A stretch of 20,000 nt of DNA. Source: Ancylonema sp. Lineage: Eukaryota. Below the pieces are notes generated by a model. The model saw only the letters and a program-made list of their open reading frames with translations, did no database searches and was not told the DNA's origin. Position numbers and translations under genes: made by a program. Below, piece after piece: positions 8,784 to 19,306 of this stretch (position 1 is the first letter of the stretch; every line of letters begins with the position of its first letter). Where the stretch lies: NCBI GenBank assembly GCA_050230475.1, contig JBFLGF010000176.1:49648-69647 (forward strand), in the 5' to 3' direction.

Positions 8784-11359
8784 ATGTCTGCTTGGTCCCG
8801 CGACGAGAACATACGTTTGGTTCGGAGAGTGGATAGTGGGGGAGGCGGTGGCGATGGTAAATCGTCGAGCATTACATCTGATTTCAGGGCAGGATCAGTT
8901 GACTCTCAGGGTTCGGTAAACTCAAAGGGAGAGGCCGAAGTGCAGAATTTTCAGCTGGTCCTATATCAGCCACCGGTACCTCCGGTACTTGTGTTTGCGT
9001 CTTATTCGTTGGTGCATTTTGCGGATTTAGAGGAGGAGGCAGAGATGGAGAGTACTTTGGCTGTGCCCAAGTATTCGGGAGGAGGAGGGGTGGCTCAGCA
9101 CCAATTTATCCAGAATATGAAAGATATGTGGGAGGCGGAGAAGCGGAATCTCCAGAAATAGTGGGGAGTATGGCCAGTTTGAGTTCCTCAAGCGGATGTC
9201 TGGCCACGTAGAGGGGCAGGCCAGATTGGTTCTGGATGACTACCGCCGGTCCATGGATCCGCATGACCCTGACAACCCAGCGCTGGCGATAGCGCAAGTG
9301 GTGGAAGTAGTGAGGGTAATCTGGCGCATATACTATGGCCAAAAGGCGAGTTGGCAGCTGATGCGACTCACCTCAGGACTTCAGAGACCTCCAGTAGCAC
9401 CTCTAGAAGCAGAACCGGCCGATCTCGAGGGATTCTTCCAGAGGTTGAGGACGCGTTTTGCCACCGCGGGGTCGGAATGGTTAGTGGAGTTCCAGAATTT
9501 TAGACCAGCAGCAGGGACGACGGCTAACTCCATCTACTAGGACTTGTCCCGGATAACTGTTAACCTCGTTCCACATATGGTCAGCGCCCGTCAGGCGGCG
9601 TGTTTTTATGAGGATTGTTTGCCAGGAGGGATTGAGACGGGTGGTCGGCCCAAAGCTTCGGGCTGAGGAGCAGCGCCGGGATGGAGCAGACCTTCCCAAA
9701 ATGAGTATGGCAGATGTCAGAGACATTGCCACATCCCAAGAGAGGGCGCAGATGTCGCGGGATGCGGAGCGGCAGATGTTTGGCCTATTGCCAAGCCAGA
9801 AGGAGGGGAAAAAGGAGGGAGGGGGAAGGGAGGAGGAGAAGGGGAAGCCGAGAGAAGGAGCAGGAGGGGGGGGGTCTAGGAATGAAGGAGGAGGATGGTT
9901 GGGAATGGAGGGGGTGGGAATGGAGGAGGAGGGTTGGGGGGGAAGACCCCCGTTAAGTGTTTCGCTTGTGACGGGCTCGGGCACAGAGCAGCCAACTGTC
10001 CCACAGGGAAGTGGGAGGAGACGGCATGGAGGTTGAGGGAGGCACTCAAAATCGCGGCAGCGGGACGTGGGATGGGTGTGAAAGCACCCTTCGCCGCCAG
10101 ATTTGGGACGGCGAGGGGGGTGGCCATGTCCATGCCGCGGGTTCACATGACGGAGGGGGCAAGATGCAGTTTCTATGACAAACAGATTCACACTAAGGCG
10201 CAGTGTTGGGCAAAGCACCCGGAGCTTCGGCCCAATAACTACAACCCGGGGGGGGCACCTGATGCCAAGCGGCCACGTCAGGGGTTGGCCATGGCGGTAC
10301 CAGGGCCACCAAGGAGGAGGGTTGCGGAGTTTGAGGACAGGCTGGGGCGGGGAGATGAGGAGTTCTTCAGCCCTGGTTACCCACGCCAGATGTTGGCAAT
10401 GGGGTAGAGGAGGAGGGTGATGTAAACGGTGTGGAGTTGGGGTTCTATGTAGGGGAGATGTGGGTTTCCATGGACGTGTCAGTGGTACACGTTAGGCCAC
10501 CATTCCAGATGATGGCACCACGCGCGCGGGGAGGGCGGTTTGGAGGAGGGAGTGCTGGATCAGTGCGCGCTTCCGAGAGGCTGCGGAGCATGGAGAGGGG
10601 AGAGGGTAGCAGCCTAGCAATCAGGCTAGGACACCAGAGTGCGGGGACAGCTCAAAGAGGGACACGACCAAGATCACCGGGGGCAGATGATTTGAGGCGG
10701 GTGATCCAGAACGTGGGGCAACGTATGGAGCAGGAAGAGGCGGCAGAGAGGGCAGTGCATACAGCTGGGGTCCGTGCGGCGGAAGCAACGGCGGCAGAGA
10801 GGAGGGGCCCAGGGCGACCTAGGAGGGTGATCTTCGCACACAACACTCAGCCACGTGATATTCTGTACCTGACAGAGAGGGCCGATAGAGGGCTAGCTGT
10901 TCAGATCCGACCCGGGATGAGCGTCACGGGCGTGACAACCCCACCATAAGCCATGGCGACAGGTGCGCCAGCGTTGTTTGTAGGGGAGAGCACTACTGTG
11001 AGGGTCCCAATGGGATACCCTCCAAGGATGGACACTGCAGCGGGGAGAGCACTGCAGGAGGCAGCAGATTTGCAATTCGGGTCCTATGACTGGCGGGCGG
11101 AGTACGGCAGATATGGCCGAGAGCCAGTTTCGATAGAGGTGGTGGAGGAGGAAATACAGGAGGTGGTGCATAATGCCAAGGAGAGGGAGAGGCTGGTGGA
11201 GTCGGAGGCAGCCAGCAAGTACCTCGACGGAAAATTGGCAGAAACGCTGCCAATTATGACGGGGAGGTTGGAGGTGGTACGGGATCTCAAGAAGTTGGCT
11301 GAGTCAGGGGCAATAATAGACCAGGCTAAGATGATTCAGATCATGGGTAGGGGTTTGGG
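8784..11359 (+). pseudogene. Gag-like region of a Gypsy-like retrotransposon with two CCHC knuckles, plus spacer; decayed and interrupted by Copia
   Basis: A chain of plus-strand ORFs. CFACDGLGHRAANC at 9958-9999 and decayed CSFYDKQIHTKAQC(WAKHPEL) at 10165-10206. The frame continues across the Copia insertion. Confidence 0.75.
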
Positions 11360-11810
11360 TTTTAAGGATGTTACGTGATCGGTGTGCGAGGCAGTGTGAT
11401 TCTTTCCGTACAAGGAACTTACGTCTCTCAGAAATGATCAATGACAAATTTTTGAGTTGGAAGAATAATCTTGAATGGTCGGCATCGTGTAGGTATACCT
11501 CGATGACTCGTCCACAACATGTATCTACAAAGCGTGCCGACGGTCATGTCTGCGAACCGTCGGCCTATCATAACTCAACAACAGTCAGATCCTGTCAACG
11601 GCACACGCCGGACAGTCTGACAAAACATAACGTCTAGATTCGGAACCATCTAGACCGCACGTGTCAAACGGTACAACCGAAACGTCATATTCGGGTGCCC
11701 GGCATAAGTCCGGCCCCTCATATAAGCACACCCTAGGAACCCTACCGGTTACACCGGCAGAGTCCGGACTAGCACGCTATAAGGTATGGCTATCCGAAAT
11801 AATTCCTACA
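11360..11810 (-). repeat. Copia 3' LTR (451 bp)
   Basis: Direct repeat of 17440-17896. Minus strand reads TGTAGGAATT...CATCCTTAAAA. Confidence 0.92.
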
Positions 11811-11819
11811 CACCCCCTC
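11811..11819 (-). other. Copia polypurine tract
   Basis: GAGGGGGTG on the minus strand, abutting the TG of the 3' LTR. Confidence 0.8.
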
Positions 11820-11973
11820 GGATGCCATGCTAAGTTTGGCATAGAAGTCAGCACCAAGGGACTACCCTCTCAACAGCTAAATCATGGCAAGACCATTGCA
11901 TAGCCTATGAAATATTAGGGTCTTCTCTAGCATATCAATGTGCTAGAAGCATTTATCAAAAATCACAGCCGAT

Positions 11974-12040
11974 GAAGACGATCGGAAGACGATCGGAAGC
12001 CGATCGGAAGTCGTTCGGAAGCCGAAACAGAAGACGATCG
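11974..12040. repeat. 11-bp tandem repeat (GAAGACGATCG), about 6 units, in the Copia 3' UTR
   Basis: gaagacgatcg gaagacgatcg gaagccgatcg gaagtcgttcg gaagccgaaac a gaagacgatcg. Confidence 0.8.
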
Positions 12041-12546
12041 CTCCAGATCCTTAGTCGTTTTTCGGGCAGGAGCCCTGAACATACAAACAAATACCACAAG
12101 TTAGGGCACTAAAAAAATGACAACAAGTCAATCTTCTGTAGTTTTCTCCGAATAACTTGAAAATATGCAAAACTTCACAACTTTCTCAAAACTTCTCCAT
12201 TTTCTTAAAACCTTCATAACTTTCTCAATACTTCACCAAAATCAAACGATATTCTGGCACCACATTTGTAATATAAATGGCAACAACAATATGCCAGAAT
12301 TCATGAACAACTGACAACTCTAGATGCAAACAGATCTGCAACTTTTCAGGTGTCCTCGAGTGTTTTCAGGGCAGAAGAAAAAGGAGTAGGGGGTGACTTA
12401 GCTGGATAGACGAGCGTTGAGATCCCTCCACAGGTGCATTCTGCAAGAGAAGAATAACAGAACATACACCCCCTGCCAAACACAGCAGGGCAGCCGAAAA
12501 CCCCTAGAACCTAATGTGCACCCCTTTCAGTTAACTCTCCCAAAAC

Positions 12547-15500
12547 CTAGAGACTTTCCGTGTCTGTCAAGTAAGACCTGTGGAAGAGCCTTAGTGAACA
12601 TATCGGCTGGTTGATTGGCCCCTGCCAGATACATAACTTCAGCCTGCCAGTTCTGTGGCACTCTCTACCCAGTGGTATACCACAATTGAAGTGCTTGGCT
12701 TCTCGTGGCGCTGGACTGGGTTCTGGATCATTGAAGAGTGCAGCAGTTGAGTCACTGTAAATTGTAATTTCATTAGGGAGTTTGAGCTCATGCAAGAGCG
12801 ACTTCAGGTAACAGCATTCCTTAGACACACTACAGGCAGCAATATACTCAGCCTCTGCTGTACTCTGTGCGACTGTAGACTGTTTCTGTGACTTCCGGCT
12901 TAAAGCAGTTCCCCCAACAGTAGTGACCCAGCCTGTGACCGACTTCCCAGTCATACTGCAGTTGTTCCAACTAGCATCACAGTACCCCCTGATCTCTAAC
13001 TTCCTTTGCCTCACGTAGCATATTCCGTGATCCACTGTACCCTTTAAATATCTGAACAGTTGGTGTAAGGATTTGATGTGAGCAGTCCCAGGATTCCCCA
13101 TGTGTTTTGCCAGTACCCCCAGTGCATGCGCAATATCCGGTCTGGTGTGTTTCATTGCATAAATGAGTGACCCAATTTTTCCCCGGAATTCAGTTATCTG
13201 TTCAGGTGTAGGGGGAGTTAGAGGTTCATCGTCTTGGTGAAATGTCAGTCCAGGTGGTGTAAGGGTAGTTTTGTAGGATTACAATTTGCCATGCCAAAAC
13301 GTTCCAGAACCTGTTTTATGAACCCTCCCTGATGCAACGTGAGCACCCCCTGTTGTCTGTCCCTTTTCACTTCCACCCCCAGGATATGGGTAAGGGCCCC
13401 AAGATCCTTCATTTTGAATTTCCCTGATAGTTCCTGTTTGAATGCCTTAGTGACCATGGTGTTAGGACCAACTATCACCTGATCATCTACGTGTATTCCC
13501 ACTATGATCCGTGACTGTCGTGTTCCTCTGGTGTATATGCATGTGTCCATAATACACTGTTTGAACCCTATACTGAGCATGAAGGTTGTGAACATTTCAC
13601 CCCAGACCTTGCTACTCTGTTTCAGTCCGTACAGTGCCCCCCTCATCTCAAAACTTTTCCCCAGCCCCTCCCTCATCTCCATAAATGGTGGAATTTTCAT
13701 GTATACTTCTTCCGTCAGTCTTCCGTGCAAGAAAGCAGTGACCACATCCATCTGTTCAATTTCCCAACCCTCCTGATTCGCAATAGCTAGTAGAAGAGAG
13801 ATAGAGGTACTATCTACTACAGGTGCGAATATTTCATTATAGTCAACTCCTTCTTGTTGTAGAAAACTTTGGGAGACCAGTCTGACTTTATATCTTTCAA
13901 GGATTCCCGTGGGTGTGTATTTTGTTTTGAATACATATTTGCACCCCACAGCCCTTTTACCTGGTGGAAGTTCACACACCTCGAAGGTGTTGAATTCCCC
14001 CAAGCTCTTCAGCTCCTCCTGGATAGCAGCTAACCACTGGTCCCAGTCTGGCCTCGTCATGGCCTGGTTCAGCGTCGGAGGGTCGGAGGAGTCAGCAGAC
14101 GTGGCAATCTACAGAATAATCCAGGGTCAGAGGGGCCGTTGAAGCCTGTGAAGAAGCATGGTGTCGCCTCCCACTCCTCGTCCTGAATGGCTGCTGCCAG
14201 CGCCTGGTCGTCGAACTCCTCCCCATCGTTTCAGAGGACATCCCCAAAGTGGGCGAAGTTTGCCCTCCCCTCCTTCTCCCCATCACCCTCTCAGCTATGC
14301 TCACAACATTTACCCCTCCTTGCCCCTCCCCTTCACCCCCTCCTTGAACCTCCTCCTCCTCGCCTGCCCCTCCTGCGTTGTTGATCCCTGACTGGCTGTC
14401 AGACAGCTCAACCACAGAGATAGGGACCTCAGCAGCTGGTGGTGGCGGAACCTGTAACACTGGGATCTGGGCTCCTGGGTCGTTGTGTGCTGCTGCTGCT
14501 GCTGCTGGTACTGGTGCTGGAGCTGCTGCTGGAGCTGCTGCTGCTTCTGCTTCTGCTGCTGGCGTTGCAGCGTTTACTGCTGCTTGTCCTGATACCCCTC
14601 CAGCCTTAGGCTCATCATCGGGGAGCTGGAGAAAGTGTCCATCTGCTGTCGCCTCGACCTGGGGAGCTCTCCCCCCCATGAGTCTCGGGTACCCCGGCAC
14701 TTCCTCGAAGAAACGGACGTCTCGCACCATCACGCCGGCTCTGAGCGGGTCGAAGATGTTGTACCCAGCCTGATCTGCTGCCAGCCCAATATACACCCCA
14801 AAAGCAGTCCTGGCAGCATACTTGTCCCCTTGTTTATTTTTATCATGCCCAACTAGCAAATATTGAACCAGACAGCCGAATGTGTGACTTCTGTCCATTT
14901 TTATCTGACGTCCTGTCCACTCCTCAATAGGTATCCCCCCTGTCAATGAACTAGTGGGGGTCCTGTTCCTTAACCAGTTTGCGTGCATCAGTGCCACATC
15001 CCAATATGATTTAGGCAATTTCTACAACATCAGCAAACATCTCATCTTTTCCATCAATGTTCTGTTCAACCTTTCACACATTCCATTCTGTTGAGGGCTG
15101 TAGGGAGCAGTCAGTTCATGTCTGATGCCTTTATCCTCACAATAGCCTCTCCACTCTTTACTTGTGTATTCACCCCCCCCATCTGTCCTGATAGACTTCA
15201 ACGCCAGTCCTGATTCAACTTCAAGTTTCTGTACAGTGATGCGCGTTTGACTGTGAGCATCGCTCTTGTGCCTAAGAAGAGATACTGTTGATAGTCTAGT
15301 GTTGACCTCTATCCCTGTCTGTGCGTAGTCAAACCCTCCGTGCATTGATTTAACACCAAAAGGACCTATCAGATCTAGATGCAACCTCCCCATTTTCGGC
15401 ATAGTGGCCACATCCTCGCTAGCAATAGCATGCCCCTTCTGTCCCATTCTTCCCCATACAACAGATCTCACAATCCTGACTTCAGTCAATTCCTCCTGAT

Positions 15501-17218
15501 TCAGTCTCGGTATATCACCACGTCTGGCCATGTCTACATGGCTGGTATACCAGGGTGACCCAGTTTGCCAGCCAGAGCATGCCGATGGACAGATTAGCTC
15601 AGACAAAAGAACCAGGCATGATGATAGATGCATGCAGCAACGACAGACCATTCCTCTGCCTGCTGACATCAGCCCATTTCAGTCCATTCTTAGTCAGTTT
15701 GGGGCCATGTGGGTCTGGGCAAAGCTCAGCCCACCTCTCTGGACGAGGCAGTCGGTGGACACCAGGGTCGCAGCGAATGTAGGGACGTGCAGAGCAGTGA
15801 GAGGGACGACAAAAGAGGAGTCGTCGTTCTTCACTTTCACGTGCACGAAGCCTGTCCCCTCGACCTTGTGAGGCGTGCCATCGGCCGTGTGGATGAAAAA
15901 GAATGCTGCATTGGGACGTTGGTGTCGTACTCGACGAAGTGGTTTCGGTTTACGAAGACGTGATCAGTCGAGCCTGAATCAAGCGATGCGAACAATCAGT
16001 TCCAGCTGCCATCGCAATCCTTGCGTCAGATGAGAATGCTGCATAAGCTAAGGATTTAGAGGCATCGAAAGGTGTGTCTGGTCTTGCAGCAAGTCTAGCC
16101 TGAGAGCTTGATTACGGAGATTTTCGAATCAGGTGCAGCAGAAGACAATGCAAGATCAGCACAAATTTACGCTTCAAACATTCTGCCAATGTGTGTCCAA
16201 GCTTATCACAGTATCTTGCACCTATGGTTTCGGACTGCCACTTCCCTGGGCCAGCCGATCTTCCACCTCCACCTTGCCGTTGCTGGCCGCATTGCGACAG
16301 CCTGTGGCCGGTCTGGTTGCAGCCATGGCACCTCATTGGCGGACGCACGGGGCAATCCGACTTCAAGTGGCCATATTGGTTGCAGCCGTAGCACTGAGTT
16401 CTCGTCAGGTCGCGACTTCCGGGAACGCCGATCCCACCTGGTCGACTTGGGCCAGCTCCGGAGCTGCCCGAGTAACCTCCCCTTCCTGCGAAATTGGACT
16501 GCTGCCCTCCCGGCAGCGCCCCTCTCTTCCGGTCGTTGCAGACCTCCCGTCGATCGCCAGCTGACAGAGTGTTGACGGCCTGAGGGATCGTGAAGAGTGA
16601 TGGTGCAGAAACTGCCCAGGACATCACGCTCTCCACTCGTGCGCTGTAGCGAGTGTTCAGGGACTTCAGGAAATTTATCGTCTGCTTTGCCGTGACTGGC
16701 TCCCCCAGATGCCCCAACCGCCGATCGTGCAGCTCCTGAAGTCGCTTGACGTAATCGCTCAGCTCCTCCGCCTCTCCCATGATAATTGCCGTGAGCTCAG
16801 CTTCAGCGTTGGCAATTTCGATGGCTCCCTGAATGTCGTAGAAAGACTTCAGGGCCTCCCCCATCTCTGCAGCAGTCGTGCAGTTCCTCACATGCGTCAG
16901 CTCCCCCGTCTGGAGGTGTTTGACGATGTAGGCCATCGCAGCGATATTCTTCTTCGACCAGACCTCTCGAAGGAGAGTCTGTCGACCGATGCGTGCCGTG
17001 ACCGTTCTAGCGACGTCCGCAGCATCCAGCGTATCGAGCTCATCCTGCGTGACTGGTGGATGTGGTAGAAACACGGCAGGCTCTTCTTGCCTCGGCGATT
17101 TTCCCCAATCCATAACGATGTCGTGCAGCTCCTTGTCTGCCAGACCAAACTTGATTTTGAATGCCCACCTTTTGTAGTCTGCTCCTGTGAAGACCGGAAT
17201 GTATGATTTCTCCGTCAT
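12547..17218 (-). pseudogene. Copia gag-pol polyprotein with frameshifts and stops
   Basis: Gag FTGADYKRWAFKIK with CCHC knuckles; PR LDSGSTDH (about 15960-15983); IN LHLDLIGP...IRTDGGGEY...PQQNGMCERLN; RT QMDVVTAFLHG...LYGLKQS...IHVDD; RH GYCDASW...STAEAEY...YSDS. Confidence 0.95.
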
Positions 17219-17427
17219 GTTAGGCAACAGCTAAAATTCTTGGTGCTCAGCTCCCAGGTGCTTTCTTGATGAGCGTGTTTCGTGCGCTACTCACACATCA
17301 GTCACTGGCAGCGCAATCGAAGGATTACGTGCAGTACTTAATAACCTCTACCTCAGAGTGCCTTTAGCAGCGAATTGTGTGGAATGCCTGTAGTTATTGA
17401 CACAACGTCTCTAACTAGACCGCTTGT

Positions 17428-17439
17428 GGGCCCATAACC
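17428..17439 (-). other. Primer binding site, half-tRNAiMet type
   Basis: GGTTATGGGCCC on the minus strand directly after the 5' LTR, the PBS type known from Drosophila copia. Confidence 0.85.
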
Positions 17440-17896
17440 TTTTAGGGATGTTACGTGATTGGTGTGCGAGGCAGTGTGATTCTTTCCGTACAAGGAACTT
17501 ACGTCTCTCAGAAGTGATCAATGACAAAGTGTTGAGTTGGAAGAATAATCTTGAATGGTCGGCATCGTGTAAGGTATACCACGATGCCTCGTCCACAACA
17601 TGAATCTACAAAGCCCGACGGTCGTGTCTGCGAACCGTCGGCCTATCATAACTCAACAACAGTCAGATCCTGTCAATGGCACACGCCGGACAGTCTGACA
17701 AAACATAATGTCTAGATTCGGAACCATCTAGACCGCAACGTGCTACAAACGGCACAATCGAAACGTCATATTCGGGTGTCCGGACATAAGTCCAGCCCCT
17801 CATTATAAGCACCACAACCTAGGAACACTACCTTACACTAACCGGCAGTCCGGACTAGCACGCTAGCAAACATGGCTATCCGATATAATTCCAACA
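17440..17896 (-). repeat. Copia 5' LTR (457 bp)
   Basis: Direct repeat of 11360-11810. Minus strand reads TGTTGGAATT...CATCCCTAAAA. Confidence 0.92.
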
Positions 17897-17901
17897 TTGG
17901 G

Positions 17902-19306
17902 AACACAAGGGGAGCTCCTGGCAAACATGCTGGCATAAAAGTTTAAAACTCTAGAAAGAAACTTCCACGGGCTACAAGCAGAGGTCTTGCAAAAAAAAAT
18001 GGATCAGTACGGAGGGTTGAGGTCGTTAGTGAAGGGGGATCCACTACACGCGGGTTGGATAGGAGGGGTGGGAAAGAAGGGACCCTGGAGTGTGGCTACA
18101 CTTCTAGTGAAAAACAGGGAGTTGGTGGTGAATGGCATATCCCCACTGGGAATGGTGATTCTGGATTCGGAGGCTACTAAACCCATGATTAGCTATCGGA
18201 TGGCCAGACGCATGGAACTCACAGACGAGCAGTTGACTGTGGGGGTGTCATTCGTTACAGCACCAGGGAAAATGTAAACATATCAACGCATGACGAGGGG
18301 GAAGCTGAGTTTTACCCTGGCTGCTGGAACACGGTACGAAACCACGTACGAGGAGGTAGCTTTCGTAGTGGACACAGAGTGTTACGATGTACTGATGGGG
18401 ATGGAGGTGATTGGCCCAATAGGGGGGGTTTATGACTCATGTGTTGAGGTTTTTACGTGGAGAGTCGATTACCATCGCTCAGCGGCTGAGGGTGGAGGGA
18501 ATGTCAGAGGGGTTCTGCCAACTCAGGGGAGGCTGACGGAGGAGGAGTGCATAGCAATGCGCTCAACACTGCCCATGCAGGCGGCTTTGGGTAGGATCCA
18601 TAGGGAATGGACGGGGGAGGTACAGATGCAATCTGACCTCTACAGCTCAGAGGCTGAAGAGGGTCAGTTCGAGGATGCGGAAAGTGACACTCCTTACCAG
18701 TGGGAGGAGGTGGAGGGGGGGGATATGGGGGGGGGTGAGAGTGAGGGAGTGGTGGAGTTAGAGTGGGAAGGGGAGGTGCAGAATCTGGCACTGCTCACTC
18801 TGCTGGAGCAGATGGAGTAGGAGCAGGCAGCCCGGGGGTGGGATATGGATGGGGAGATAGCTAGAGGGGTGGCGCTTAATGAGGCCAACCTCTTGCTGGA
18901 GGAGGAGATGGGTGTAAAAAGTCCTGGGTGGGCTGAGGAGGGGTATGGGGGGGGTAATGGGGAAGCCTGGGAGAACTTTCAAGGCGTGGCGGTAAGAGAG
19001 TTGGGAGATAGCCCAAGGGAGGGGGGGGCAACCGCCCAACCGCGGCTGGAAGAGGGCCAACCGCGGCTGGTGCCCCAACCGCAGCAGATGCTGGGAACGG
19101 GGGTGGAGGAGAAGATTCATAACCGGGGGAGGCACACGAGTGTGGTGCAACCTGACCCTAGGGTAATGGTGGGGGGGGTGGCTGTGAAGAGCGCACGGCA
19201 AAAACAGCCCCAACCGCGGTTGGGGGAGCTGACTGGAGCCCCTAGCGAGGCTGCTCTGCGCGCTGTGGCAGTGCAGCAGACGGATGCAGCCCGGCGGCAA
19301 CTTTGA
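17902..19306 (+). pseudogene. Continuation of the host polyprotein: retropepsin-like aspartic protease, acidic linker and QPRL repeats
   Basis: One frame broken only by stops at 17936, 18275 and 18818. VILDSEATKPMIS (D at 18164; DSG changed to DSE), flap-like SFVTAPG and YDVLMGME. Confidence 0.8.

Larger units (their letters stand above)
11360..17896 (-). mobile_element. Full-length Ty1/Copia LTR retrotransposon (6537 bp), decayed
   Basis: Two similar LTRs, TSD TTGGG (11355-11359 and 17897-17901), PBS, PPT, and Gag-PR-IN-RT-RH domain order. Confidence 0.96.

Noticed and set aside
11974..12040. CRISPR-like array
   Set aside because: These are adjacent 11-bp units without spacers, in a eukaryotic TE with no cas genes.
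14488..14585. (GCT)n microsatellite as a separate element
   Set aside because: It encodes the Ala/Pro-rich linker between Copia integrase and RT.
11369..17450. Canonical TG/CA LTR boundary at 11369 and 17449
   Set aside because: LTR similarity, the TSD and the PBS all place the boundary 9 bp further out.
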